Shown here piece by piece: positions 48,195 through 57,990 of a stretch of 64,000 nt of DNA. The position numbers were made by a program, and so were the translations under genes. Where the stretch lies: sequence record PP886230; one strand, written 5' to 3'. Numbering within the stretch: position 1 is the first letter of the stretch; each line of letters opens with the position of its first letter. Origin of the DNA: Escherichia phage vB_EcoM_E9.1. The notes below the pieces were generated by a model. That model had not been told where the DNA came from. It saw nothing but the letters and a program-made list of their open reading frames with translations, and did not search any database.

Positions 48195-48622
48195 TGACAA
48201 GAGATGATTGTTTGTACATATGGGATATAATTGAAACTACACTTTCAAATCCAGAAAATTATAAAACAAAAAAAAGACAACGACACAAAATATGGATAGA
48301 TTTGTTCGTTGAGGGCATACACGCAGTGACTATTTGGGATTCACCGAGGGCATCAGCATCTACTCTATTGGACAATGAATGCATTGATTGCATTAATTCC
48401 ACTTTTCATCTCTACGGTACTACATTTTTCGGTACATTTCTGGATATTGAAAGTAAAGATGATATTGATTCACTTGCGTTACAATACCAAGTACTGTATA
48501 ATACTAAATTAATTTACGATTTAGTACTAGCTTCTTATGTGTATAAATTAATGATGAAATATAATCATATTTCTGTTTCAGTTTATACTAAGGATATTCT
48601 TTCATTAAGAGACAAAACATGA
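48194..48622 (+). CDS. hypothetical protein (possibly degenerate family B)
   Basis: ORF 142 aa, weak motif SLALQYQVLY. Confidence 0.55.
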   Translation: MTRDDCLYIWDIIETTLSNPENYKTKKRQRHKIWIDLFVEGIHAVTIWDSPRASASTLLDNECIDCINSTFHLYGTTFFGTFLDIESKDDIDSLALQYQVLYNTKLIYDLVLASYVYKLMMKYNHISVSVYTKDILSLRDKT

Positions 48623-49128
48623 GTTTATTAAATGCACGCGAATTAGTTGAGATGTATGAGATTTTGTCTTCATATAAAAATTCTCATGGAGATGTGATTC
48701 TCGACAAAAAGTTCCATGTCAGTGTTGAACATATATCAAATATAGATATGATTTCTTTGGTGGAAAGTAATAAGTCAGGTCTTGAACGCGATATCATGCG
48801 TTTGATTTATATTCCCAAACCATCATATACTAATGATAGTTCAATTAGTAATGAGACATTCATGTATAGTCCTGGTACGGATTCTACTATAGTATCGCTG
48901 TCCAATAAATCAATGGGTACTTTCCAATTCATCTATACCAGTACTGATAACATTGAAGAAATTGAATTTCAAAACAATACATTAAGTCCATGTAGTAGTG
49001 TTATAACCTTTATGTCATATCTATGGTCAACTAAAACAAGTGCTGTTGTATATAGTTCAAATTATACACAAGATAGTATTGTTGAATCATATAAAGTTCT
49101 AAAGGAATACTATGAAAATAACAAATGA
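48619..49128 (+). CDS. family B paralogue (divergent)
   Basis: Motif EEIEFQNNTLS; ATGA overlap. Confidence 0.6.
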   Translation: MSLLNARELVEMYEILSSYKNSHGDVILDKKFHVSVEHISNIDMISLVESNKSGLERDIMRLIYIPKPSYTNDSSISNETFMYSPGTDSTIVSLSNKSMGTFQFIYTSTDNIEEIEFQNNTLSPCSSVITFMSYLWSTKTSAVVYSSNYTQDSIVESYKVLKEYYENNK

Positions 49129-49693
49129 TTTTATTAAAAGTGTAGTACACCCTATGCTTAGTATTATGAAAAAAATACAGAATCTACCGGAAGATAACGA
49201 TTACAAGTTTAATCGTTTTGATTCAGATGTGTTTTGTATTGAAATTGAAATTAATAACAATCGCAATTTACATTTAAAATTCAAAGAATCGTCAAGTCCG
49301 TACTACAACTTTGATATGAATTTTAAAATAGATACTGACATTGAAGAAAACGTAATATCAAATCATACTAGCAAAAATGGTTTTATGCATAGAACTACTA
49401 TGTACAATAATAAAAATAGTATTATATCTAAATGGAATCATCAATTCACTAAAATTTGTGAAATTGAATATAGTGATTTTGGTGAAGAGAATTACTTTCA
49501 GTTAAGTACAATTCATGAACTTCCACCGTATGATTATGTTAAAACATGGTTTGATATTCATAATATAATTGATGATGCAATCAAACTTCCATTTGGTGTG
49601 TCAATATCATATACTGCTCCTAAAACATTTGTTTTTACTGAAGATATGATTATGAAAAAGATATGGGCAATTATCCCACTTATGATGGATTAA
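49112..49693 (+). CDS. family B paralogue
   Basis: Motif EENYFQLSTIH. Confidence 0.65.
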   Translation: MKITNDFIKSVVHPMLSIMKKIQNLPEDNDYKFNRFDSDVFCIEIEINNNRNLHLKFKESSSPYYNFDMNFKIDTDIEENVISNHTSKNGFMHRTTMYNNKNSIISKWNHQFTKICEIEYSDFGEENYFQLSTIHELPPYDYVKTWFDIHNIIDDAIKLPFGVSISYTAPKTFVFTEDMIMKKIWAIIPLMMD

Positions 49694-49754
49694 ATTCGTA
49701 CCAGGGGTTGACTCTGGTATTTTTGTATGATACATTGTCCTAAAGGAGAATTTT

Positions 49755-50306
49755 ATGAACTACAATCATGATCTTTTTACATTATGTGCATCCAAATGTG
49801 TTGATGGATGGACAGATAAAATCAATACCATAATTCATCGATATCTGGTCTTTAGTTCTCGTGCACGAAGTGAGGGGGCTATGGATTTCAAATATACACT
49901 ATCTATTGATGGTGTAACTATCCATGCAGACGAAGAACGTCTGAGCATTAATTTGTATGATTCCTGTGTATTTGCTATTCACCAAAAGATGGGGAAAGGA
50001 TGGGGTTGTAATAACATTAACTCAAAAGCTATCTTTTGGGTTGGTCACCACCAGACAGTACTTGATCCTTCAATCAAATCTAATCTTTTATCCGATAATA
50101 TGGTTTATGATTTATTGTACTCCGAAGAACAACATTTTCAGTTAAGTACATTACATGATCTGGCACAGTACGAGGATTGTTACAAAACATTAGAACTATG
50201 CCATTCCCTTGAACTTAAAGATAAATTGATACAAGTTTACCCTTCATTCTTTCATGAAGAAGTACAAAGTACACTAGATCATATTTTATATGGATACGAT
50301 AAATGA
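49755..50306 (+). CDS. family B paralogue
   Basis: Motif EEQHFQLSTLHD; SD aaggaga. Confidence 0.65.
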   Translation: MNYNHDLFTLCASKCVDGWTDKINTIIHRYLVFSSRARSEGAMDFKYTLSIDGVTIHADEERLSINLYDSCVFAIHQKMGKGWGCNNINSKAIFWVGHHQTVLDPSIKSNLLSDNMVYDLLYSEEQHFQLSTLHDLAQYEDCYKTLELCHSLELKDKLIQVYPSFFHEEVQSTLDHILYGYDK

Positions 50307-50905
50307 GAAAAAGTTATCAAGAAGCTATTGACTTAATTCGTGAAGTTATCAAGGTGGCTCCTGCTGCTATTGAGTTCAAGAAGTCCATATACAAGAAGTA
50401 TGGTTCAATGTCGAGTATGTGCTTTCAAAAGAAACGTAGAGCATTCACTACCCAGTACTGGAATGATTCTATCATCCTGAGCAATGAGACTCAGCGTATT
50501 TTAACACTAGAATCTGAACCTAATGAGTACGGGGAAGGGAACATTTGTGTACCTGATTATGATGAAATTAACTTCAACTGCGGTGATTTTGAAACAACAT
50601 TATTACTTCATGAGGGTTATCCAGAAGGTGATGTATTAGCTGAGTACAATCCAAAAACTAAAATTCTCAAAAGAGGAATCCAGTTCACTATTAATAACAA
50701 AGATGATGTTCAAGCAGCACTGATGCAACTGAGTACAAGTGAACCTATCACTATTAGTGTAGAAGAGTTATGGGGAATTATTTCAGTACTCAATGAGTGC
50801 TACAAAGTAAAATCATTGCGTAAACACAGCATTATATTACATACCAATATGGCAAATATAAAATGTAAGCACATTCAAGAAATGGTGGTTCCAGATGGAC
50901 TTTAA
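50303..50905 (+). CDS. family B paralogue (divergent)
   Basis: Motif QAALMQLSTSE; ATGA overlap. Confidence 0.6.
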   Translation: MRKSYQEAIDLIREVIKVAPAAIEFKKSIYKKYGSMSSMCFQKKRRAFTTQYWNDSIILSNETQRILTLESEPNEYGEGNICVPDYDEINFNCGDFETTLLLHEGYPEGDVLAEYNPKTKILKRGIQFTINNKDDVQAALMQLSTSEPITISVEELWGIISVLNECYKVKSLRKHSIILHTNMANIKCKHIQEMVVPDGL

Positions 50906-51479
50906 AGAAATTGAAAGTAAATTAAAGTACTTCAAAGATATCAAACTTCTTTGGAAAAAGTATAAAGTTGATTACAATTTCAGTGATGATGAGACAATAA
51001 AATACATTGAGATTAATATCAAAATCAAGTTCAAGAATAATAATTATGGTGAAGTAACCTTAAATCATACTGGTATATCACTCAAGGACTATGATGGTAC
51101 AACACTCGCATATTTTGACTTCACACCAGAACCAGGTGAAACACTACTTAGTGAGATAAATTCCTATGACATGGAAGTGTTCGGCGGGAATCCGTTACTG
51201 TTCCGACTTTCTGAAGAGTGGAGTGAAGAGTACTACACTTACAAAGATGGTGTAGTACTTGACATTCATGGAGAAGTTGTGAATGACTTGGAAGAACGTT
51301 TGTTCCAAGAATTGTGTGTTTCAAATACTTCATATGCATACAATCATATCCTTGACATGTTTGATTTATATAGTAAAATAGATGCTGAAATGAAGGCACA
51401 TGGTATTCATTACCTTACAATTAACGACTATGCTCAACTCGAAACCGCTGTGAAAGCATTGACTAAAGTACTGAAATAG
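50895..51479 (+). CDS. family B paralogue (divergent)
   Basis: Motif EERLFQELCVS. Confidence 0.6.
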   Translation: MDFKEIESKLKYFKDIKLLWKKYKVDYNFSDDETIKYIEINIKIKFKNNNYGEVTLNHTGISLKDYDGTTLAYFDFTPEPGETLLSEINSYDMEVFGGNPLLFRLSEEWSEEYYTYKDGVVLDIHGEVVNDLEERLFQELCVSNTSYAYNHILDMFDLYSKIDAEMKAHGIHYLTINDYAQLETAVKALTKVLK

Positions 51480-51488
51480 GAATGAAAT

Positions 51489-51902
51489 ATGAAACTGTAT
51501 CATGCGAGTACTGTAAAAATTGATAACTTTTATATCCCGTATGGTGGTCTTCATATGGGAGGTAAACACAGTGCTTTGGAAGCTGCATTACGCAAGCTGA
51601 GAAGCCCACTGAACGTAGTAGACGCATGTACAGTATACTTGCATACCTTAGAAGTTGATGTTGATAACGTGCTTCTGTGTGAAGATTTAGGCAGTGATGA
51701 TGAGTGGCGTTCACTTATTGAGAATTGCACTGCTCAAGGTTATGATGCTGTTCAGTACAAAAATGACTACGAGCCTGATAATGTTCCTAGCTTTATGATT
51801 TGGGATGCATCTAAAGTTCGCATCATTGAAGTTGATGCTATGCATATGGATGAAGCTGAAATGATTATCGAAGATTTTCTTGATGAATATGAAGGTGTAT
51901 AA
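51489..51902 (+). CDS. hypothetical protein unrelated to the flanking paralogues
   Basis: ORF 137 aa, no family motif, visibly less AT-rich than neighbours. Confidence 0.6.
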   Translation: MKLYHASTVKIDNFYIPYGGLHMGGKHSALEAALRKLRSPLNVVDACTVYLHTLEVDVDNVLLCEDLGSDDEWRSLIENCTAQGYDAVQYKNDYEPDNVPSFMIWDASKVRIIEVDAMHMDEAEMIIEDFLDEYEGV

Positions 51903-52438
51903 TGACTGACCCGATGGTAGCACTGGCACGTACTAAGTTACTATTAAAGATTGGTGAGATTTTTACGGTTCTTCTGTCCAATAATATTGATATTACTGAG
52001 CTAGATATTAAGCAACCGTGGGAAGTGACTATGTTCTCGGCGTTCCACCGATTGTCATATAAAGGTGAAAGTGTTCTTGATTTTAACCCTAAAGCAAAAT
52101 TCATAGATTATGCTGCGTTGTACAGAGAGTTGCACCGAAATATTTATTCCGGTTGTATAACCAATAACTTCAAAGAAATTAAAGTTCAAACTGCATCACA
52201 TGAGTTCAATGATTTACTTTATCCAGAATTTAATCTAACGGAAGAATTACTCTTTCAGTACTCGTTAATTCTCACAAATCTCGAAACACTAGAGTTCTAC
52301 AAAGAGTTAGTAGATATTTTTATGAATACACGACTTTCAAAAGATATTGTGATATTCTGGTATACAGAGCATGTTACGGAGGAATTGCTTACTGAATTTC
52401 TTCTAAATATGACAGCTATAAAGGAGAAGTTATGTTAG
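51902..52438 (+). CDS. family B paralogue
   Basis: Motif EELLFQYSLIL. Confidence 0.65.
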   Translation: MTDPMVALARTKLLLKIGEIFTVLLSNNIDITELDIKQPWEVTMFSAFHRLSYKGESVLDFNPKAKFIDYAALYRELHRNIYSGCITNNFKEIKVQTASHEFNDLLYPEFNLTEELLFQYSLILTNLETLEFYKELVDIFMNTRLSKDIVIFWYTEHVTEELLTEFLLNMTAIKEKLC

Positions 52439-52905
52439 ATATTTTAGGAAACATCGATACTGCAAATTATTTTATCCAGGACGCACTGTTCAATACAGTT
52501 CAACAAGGATTAGAAGTTCGTCATAACGTTTACCAAGGTGATGGTTATTTCGTTGATATTGTTGAGGCACGAAAGAATACGTTTAATGTTAACATTACAA
52601 CACTGGGTAGACAGAACATTGCACGAATTTTAGTAAGTAAAGATGAAATTGTATTGAGATACAGTGCTAAGTTTATGTTGACTTATAAGAAAAAAACTGA
52701 TATGTTCAGTACTAATTTATTTGATGAGCCATTTGACCTTGAAGATATTGAAGCTACTTTCTTTACTCAAAGTACTATGGTAAAATACACTGATGTTCAA
52801 TTTTCTGCTGATGTAATGTCAGAAACATTACAAATGATCAAGGTATTATTTTATGCATTTGAGCAATTTAGAGAAGAAAGAAACAAGGTTAACAACCACA
52901 GATGA
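52432..52905 (+). CDS. family B paralogue (divergent)
   Basis: Motif EATFFTQSTMV. Confidence 0.6.
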   Translation: MLDILGNIDTANYFIQDALFNTVQQGLEVRHNVYQGDGYFVDIVEARKNTFNVNITTLGRQNIARILVSKDEIVLRYSAKFMLTYKKKTDMFSTNLFDEPFDLEDIEATFFTQSTMVKYTDVQFSADVMSETLQMIKVLFYAFEQFREERNKVNNHR

Positions 52906-53266
52906 ACTAATAGAGGCGATGACTAAGGAGTCAAAATACCACAAAGGGATTCGTCTATATTTTATAGATATTGGTTCAATGGAAGGCATATACATTTATG
53001 GTTCACAATCTTTATCTTATGATGTAATGCCAAAAAAACATGTAAAAATCTTTTTAGGTTCAAATAAAAAAACTTTCTTGACAATTAATGATAAAAACGT
53101 TATTATGAATTCGTTGGGTCATGATAAGGTGGAAATTGATCTAAACACACTGGAGGATATTGATTTTTTTCAATACGAGTGTTTAGGTGTTGACTTACAT
53201 GGCATTAGTAGCGATATGATAAAATCATTAATCAAATATTTCGAAGGTGTTCATAAATGTATCTAA
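52853..53266 (+). CDS. family B paralogue (divergent; start may be ATG 52919)
   Basis: Motif DIDFFQYECLG. Confidence 0.55.
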   Translation: MHLSNLEKKETRLTTTDELIEAMTKESKYHKGIRLYFIDIGSMEGIYIYGSQSLSYDVMPKKHVKIFLGSNKKTFLTINDKNVIMNSLGHDKVEIDLNTLEDIDFFQYECLGVDLHGISSDMIKSLIKYFEGVHKCI

Positions 53267-53754
53267 CTAAATCAATGAAAAATTCATTTGATAAAATTAA
53301 GAGTTGTCTTGATGGAGAAAATATTACAAGTGTTACACAAACTGCTGACCAAATTCAAAGCAGTTCAAGTGATTGCACTGTTATTTTTGGTTTACATAGT
53401 CTGCGTTTATCAATAGTAAATAATATTGACAACACTGCTATTGTAATCACACCATGCAATATTCAAAATGAGAATGGTGTATATCTTCATCACATGGGAA
53501 CAGTATTTCACATTTTCAATTCAAACGAAAACATTGTTAAGGAATACAATACTCTTAATATTGATTCAGGTGAATTATTTCAAATGAGTACTTTGTACTC
53601 ATGTAATTTTACAGATACTTCATGTATTTTGCCATTTTTCTTGGAAATTATTAAGAAAATGGAAAATTTAAAACGTGAATACAATAAAGAAATGGTTCCT
53701 GAAGCTATATTAAATATTACTAATGCTATAGAGAAGTATAATGCAGTGACTTAA
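53257..53754 (+). CDS. family B paralogue
   Basis: Motif GELFQMSTLY. Confidence 0.65.
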   Translation: MYLTKSMKNSFDKIKSCLDGENITSVTQTADQIQSSSSDCTVIFGLHSLRLSIVNNIDNTAIVITPCNIQNENGVYLHHMGTVFHIFNSNENIVKEYNTLNIDSGELFQMSTLYSCNFTDTSCILPFFLEIIKKMENLKREYNKEMVPEAILNITNAIEKYNAVT

Positions 53755-53796
53755 TAAAAACGCACATGGAGTGCATTAGAAGATCAAGGATAGATC

Positions 53797-54270
53797 ATGG
53801 AGATTAAAACTGTTGAAAATGGGAAAATTGATGACATTTTAGAGTTGGACGCATTCAAAGTTCATGATATAATGTTTAATGTGAAGGACATTATTCAATG
53901 TCTATTTTTGTGTAGCAAGACAATGCATGATTTTTTTCACAACCCAAATACTAACGTTTTTATACTAACAATCAGTACTGAAAACTCGTTTATCATGGGT
54001 ATGCCTATGAGTACAAATGAACAATATATTGATTGTGTTATTCGTAATAACGATAGTATTACGCCACAATCTGAAGTACGTAAAAAGAAAAACACCTACA
54101 CAATCAAAGATGATAAAATTATGATGTGCTGTAGTAAAGGGTTTATATTAGATAATTTTATCGTCAAAGACAGTTATCACGACTTTAAAGTGTCTGAAAA
54201 TCAATCCAATGTAGTTCTTTATGCGAGTGACATAGAAAGTCTAACAGTTAAAGATCCCAGTTTGGAGTAA
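53797..54270 (+). CDS. hypothetical protein
   Basis: ORF 157 aa. Confidence 0.6.
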   Translation: MEIKTVENGKIDDILELDAFKVHDIMFNVKDIIQCLFLCSKTMHDFFHNPNTNVFILTISTENSFIMGMPMSTNEQYIDCVIRNNDSITPQSEVRKKKNTYTIKDDKIMMCCSKGFILDNFIVKDSYHDFKVSENQSNVVLYASDIESLTVKDPSLE

Positions 54271-54273
54271 GTA

Positions 54274-54404
54274 TGGCTAAGAAAGTAAACAATTTCGTAC
54301 AGAAACACATGAATGAGTTTAACAAGCCTCAGACACATGTGGACCGTAAAAAAGCAATGAAGAATGGTAAAGTAAAACACAAGTCGAGATTTATTCTCGA
54401 CTAA
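54274..54404 (+). CDS. hypothetical small Lys-rich basic protein (43 aa)
   Basis: ORF below track cutoff; SD ggagt upstream. Confidence 0.4.
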
Positions 54405-54437
54405 TTTTTTGTCCGAAATTTAGGAGATTGTATTACT

Positions 54438-55283
54438 ATGGATACAACAGATTTTCGTAATTTCAAAAAGTATTCAGTACTTGAACATATCAACGAATTT
54501 CTGAATTCCCCAACACCATTTGGTATCAGTACATCAGATACATACGATGGATATAGAATCTTCCCATGCAATGACTTTCAAATTTCTGTCAAAAAAGGTA
54601 CTTCAAAAGAAGTTGCAATTCGTGATGTAGTAATGTATAGCGATTCTTCTATTTATTACTGTCATGATGTGAACAAGTTTGAATCTCTTGCAACACCTAA
54701 TTGTTCATACTACAAATCACATGACACGATGATGTATAAAGAACAACATATCAATGGTGTTTCGTTCTATAAAACTAGCAGTGATAAATCATATACATCT
54801 AGAGATGATTTTGGAAAATACACATGTACTATGCACACGGATAATGAAAAAACAAATTACACTCATTCATTCGAGTCCAAATTCCAAGAGAGTGAAGTTT
54901 CAAATATCACTATACAAGAACAGGTTTCAGAAGGCATTGTATATCGTAGCACTGCATTCTTTCGCATGAAAGATATTGCCACAGGCAGACCAATGATGTA
55001 CAATATTGATATATACATGAAAGGTGATATATCCGAAATAGTGATTAGTACTGGTTATCGTGAAAAATATACAGTTACAATGGAATCACCAGATGCATCA
55101 TTAGTTCACCTCTTTAACAATTTATATACATTCCAATTCGAACTTAGTTTCGATCCAAATGAATATCAAATATTTGATATATTAAAAAGTAATATTATTA
55201 ATAAGTTAGAATATTACTACAAGTTAGGTGGTAAGATGTGCATAGTTAATACTATGTTACATAACATAAAAGAAACATTATAA
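54438..55283 (+). CDS. hypothetical protein (281 aa)
   Basis: Long ORF in AT-rich DNA; SD aggaga. Confidence 0.7.
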   Translation: MDTTDFRNFKKYSVLEHINEFLNSPTPFGISTSDTYDGYRIFPCNDFQISVKKGTSKEVAIRDVVMYSDSSIYYCHDVNKFESLATPNCSYYKSHDTMMYKEQHINGVSFYKTSSDKSYTSRDDFGKYTCTMHTDNEKTNYTHSFESKFQESEVSNITIQEQVSEGIVYRSTAFFRMKDIATGRPMMYNIDIYMKGDISEIVISTGYREKYTVTMESPDASLVHLFNNLYTFQFELSFDPNEYQIFDILKSNIINKLEYYYKLGGKMCIVNTMLHNIKETL

Positions 55284-55299
55284 ATCTGGAGGATTTGGT

Positions 55300-55593
55300 A
55301 TGGATACTAAATTCAAAATTATTTTTAAAACTAAGCCGTATATTCCACATACCGCAGAACGTTTTATACCACATGGTGCTGAGGAAATTATTCACCAAGA
55401 TGGTACTAAGTTATACCTTGTTCCTTGTTCTTATGAACGTGCAGTAGAAATGTTACTAATGAATGCTAGACTATGCAAAAACAAGTACATTAGTTACCTA
55501 TACAATGAACATATTTTAGATTTCAATGATGAAAATATGTTCATTCTAGCAATCGAGGATTTTGATAACTGGTACAATATTATTAAAATCTAA
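55300..55593 (+). CDS. hypothetical protein
   Basis: ORF 97 aa; SD ggagga. Confidence 0.6.
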   Translation: MDTKFKIIFKTKPYIPHTAERFIPHGAEEIIHQDGTKLYLVPCSYERAVEMLLMNARLCKNKYISYLYNEHILDFNDENMFILAIEDFDNWYNIIKI

Positions 55594-55600
55594 TGAAAAT

Positions 55601-55648
55601 AATGTGAACATATTAGATTCTTGTGATATAATGTTCACATCTTTTTTT
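55601..55648 (+). terminator. rho-independent terminator
   Basis: Hairpin atgtgaacat..atgttcacat then TTTTTTT; a TATAAT sits in the loop. Confidence 0.6.
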
Positions 55649-55664
55649 GATAACGGAGATATAG

Positions 55665-56051
55665 ATGAATACAAGTTCAATCCTAAAAGCAATTGGTGGT
55701 GTTTTACTCATTGAAGTAAAAGGTGAGCCAAAGCTATGCTGTTTAGAAGATATGAAGAATACAAAACACTTCAGTACTGGTCAGATTTTCAATGCCATTC
55801 GTATTCTAAATGACAAATCCATTGCTGATTATGGAAAAGTTTGGCCTGTATATCAAAATGCTGATGGTGATATCAGTACTGATTGGAAAACAATTGAGGC
55901 GGTACGACAAAGTTGTGAGAGTGATTGGGACTTCATTGTTGAAGTTTGTGATCAACTACAAGAAGATGTTCCAGAAATTGTCGAACGAAAAGAAGTCCTA
56001 TCACGACTTGAAAAATTCCGTCACGGAACACTACAGTATGACACAATCTAA
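55665..56051 (+). CDS. hypothetical protein
   Basis: ORF 128 aa; SD ggagat. Confidence 0.6.
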   Translation: MNTSSILKAIGGVLLIEVKGEPKLCCLEDMKNTKHFSTGQIFNAIRILNDKSIADYGKVWPVYQNADGDISTDWKTIEAVRQSCESDWDFIVEVCDQLQEDVPEIVERKEVLSRLEKFRHGTLQYDTI

Positions 56052-56100
56052 TCTGCTTATTAAAAATATCTAATTAACATTATATAAAAGGAATTTAAAA

Positions 56101-56406
56101 ATGGAAGACAATGGAATGAAATTTGATATGTTTGAAGGTGTACCAGAGTTCGATTTCAACAAACTTGAAGAAGGTGAGGAATCAGAACTAGTCAGTGTTA
56201 CACTTAAAGCAGATTCTAAGAAGAAATATTCATCAGCAGTACGTTCACGTTCACAAGAAGAATACGAAACATTTATTGAAAGTATTCATTATGAAACATT
56301 CCATCATGCAGATGGAACTCCATATGAAGTACGTGTAACAGTGCTGAAGCCTGAAGTAAATCCAATGGAAAATCTACGTCCTGTTTACTGCTGGGCAAGT
56401 CACTAA
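56101..56406 (+). CDS. hypothetical acidic protein
   Basis: ORF 101 aa; SD aaggaa. Confidence 0.6.
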   Translation: MEDNGMKFDMFEGVPEFDFNKLEEGEESELVSVTLKADSKKKYSSAVRSRSQEEYETFIESIHYETFHHADGTPYEVRVTVLKPEVNPMENLRPVYCWASH

Positions 56407-56414
56407 TAAACCAA

Positions 56415-56447
56415 AGGACGGGATTTGTTATCTCGTCCTTTTTTTAT
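56415..56447 (+). terminator. rho-independent terminator
   Basis: Hairpin aggacgggatttgttatctcgtcct then TTTTTTT. Confidence 0.7.
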
Positions 56448-56457
56448 CTGGAGATGT

Positions 56458-57312
56458 ATGAAACTTTATCTAATCGTTGACTACAATAAGGATTATGCTG
56501 GTAACTTCACCGAAGATTCGGATGGATATTGCACATCGACTAATGTCAATGTACGTATCAGTAATGCTCATGAACATGAATCTTGTAAAAATCTAAAAGA
56601 TTTTATCACATACCGAGCATTTGAAAAGAACTTCTGCCGCAGTAGATATTCGAAGTTTGAGTACCCGTTAATTGATGTTCCTGATGATTTAATGTTCCAG
56701 TTAATGCTAACTGGAGTTCAAGATTATGATTACATAGCATATAATCATATTACTAAGAAAATTTATATTGGTACATCATCACATGACACTTCTATGTATG
56801 CATCATGCCCAGATGATCGAATGAATGATAGAAAATCATACTATAGTGGATCAGTTGGTTTAAATGATTCATTAAATGAAAATTTATTCTTTGAGTATGT
56901 TTATGATTACCATCATGAGAAAAAAGAACGTGAAGATTACTGTATAGCAATTGATAGTACTAATGGGTATGAAGACGTGAAAGAAGCACTTATGCCGTAC
57001 ATTATTGAAAAGTACTACAAAGATTTTCAGTACTGTAGTAATTTTCTAATCAGAAATTCTATTATAATCGGTCGCCAATCTAGTGCATACTCTCAGTACT
57101 ATAATGATTCACCAGTAGCATCGGCAAATGAAATGTGTGATATTTTACAAATTCCACGTGAAGATATGGCATTCATTTTTACATCTTTTATTGAAGATGA
57201 TGAGTTGTATATTAAAAATAAACACCGTTTCATGCCAAGCAAGATTGAGGTTATTCGAAGTTTTAGTGTTGATATACTAACAAATTTCACAGAAAAAACC
57301 GAATATAACTGA
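56458..57312 (+). CDS. hypothetical protein (284 aa) with two family-B-like motifs
   Basis: DDLMFQLMLTGVQDYD and ENLFFEYVYDY; ATG after the terminator (track ORF from 56425 overlaps it). Confidence 0.65.
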   Translation: MKLYLIVDYNKDYAGNFTEDSDGYCTSTNVNVRISNAHEHESCKNLKDFITYRAFEKNFCRSRYSKFEYPLIDVPDDLMFQLMLTGVQDYDYIAYNHITKKIYIGTSSHDTSMYASCPDDRMNDRKSYYSGSVGLNDSLNENLFFEYVYDYHHEKKEREDYCIAIDSTNGYEDVKEALMPYIIEKYYKDFQYCSNFLIRNSIIIGRQSSAYSQYYNDSPVASANEMCDILQIPREDMAFIFTSFIEDDELYIKNKHRFMPSKIEVIRSFSVDILTNFTEKTEYN

Positions 57313-57341
57313 GACAAATGATAAGTTAATGATATAATATA

Positions 57342-57377
57342 AGGTGACAACATAATATGTTAGTCACCTTTTTTTAA
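57342..57377 (+). terminator. rho-independent terminator
   Basis: Hairpin aggtgacaacataatatgttagtcacct then TTTTTTT. Confidence 0.7.
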
Positions 57378-57990
57378 TCCTGAAAGGTTCCCATAAGGAA
57401 ATGATTAAAAGCCTAATCCACTCGAAAATGTAGAGGGTAGATGAGTAGTCCTTTCAGTACGAACAGCAGATGAAACCCGTTAGATGATGGCATAGTTTGA
57501 ACCACTCACGGCAATGCGGCTGTATAAAGAACTCCAATAGGATAAAGAGAGTTCCTCGATAGACATATAAGGATCGCACCTTACCAATTATCTAAGGGAG
57601 ATTTCATAAGAAATATGCGGTCGGAATTATACAATATAGTTGCGTCCAAATTTTGTGAAATCAAATACAAGTACTGGTCATATGGTATTTGTATTATGTG
57701 TCGGGATGTTTAAGACCGACGACCGTTGCTACAAGAACCGCGATAGAGAGAAACAGAGCAACCCGCTTTCGTCTCGTAAGAGAATTCGTGATATGAACTA
57801 TGTGAAGGCCACCAGCGTCAAACTTTTTTGTTCTTTCCCCTGCGGGGGGATGAAATATGCTCAAGCAAACCCCGTCAATATTAATTAAAAGAAAATAGTA
57901 CTTGTAGAATTAGACATGCGTAGCATGGTAATTCTACTGATGTTGATGAAATCAACGTCACGTATATTCATTGATGTTTCCATAGGAATA

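Noticed and set aside
51489-51902. Possible 2H phosphoesterase (two H-x-T/S motifs)
   Set aside because: The second candidate motif (LHTLE) does not fit H-x-T/S and the spacing is not convincing.
27835-55000. Short alternative-frame or antisense ORFs inside the AT-rich arrays (for example 27835-28044, 36984-37229, 37472-37663, 42684-42890, 43148-43333, 44361-44642, 47154-47342, 49957-50145, 54754-54969, and the minus-strand ORFs)
   Set aside because: They lie wholly inside longer motif-bearing ORFs and lack start context.
57640-57888. ORF of 82 aa in the GC-rich island
   Set aside because: No SD and an arbitrary-looking protein; the region is better treated as non-coding or structured RNA.
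57378-57915. Possible tRNA gene in the GC-rich island
   Set aside because: I could not find a convincing cloverleaf or T-arm consensus by eye; a tRNA scan is needed.
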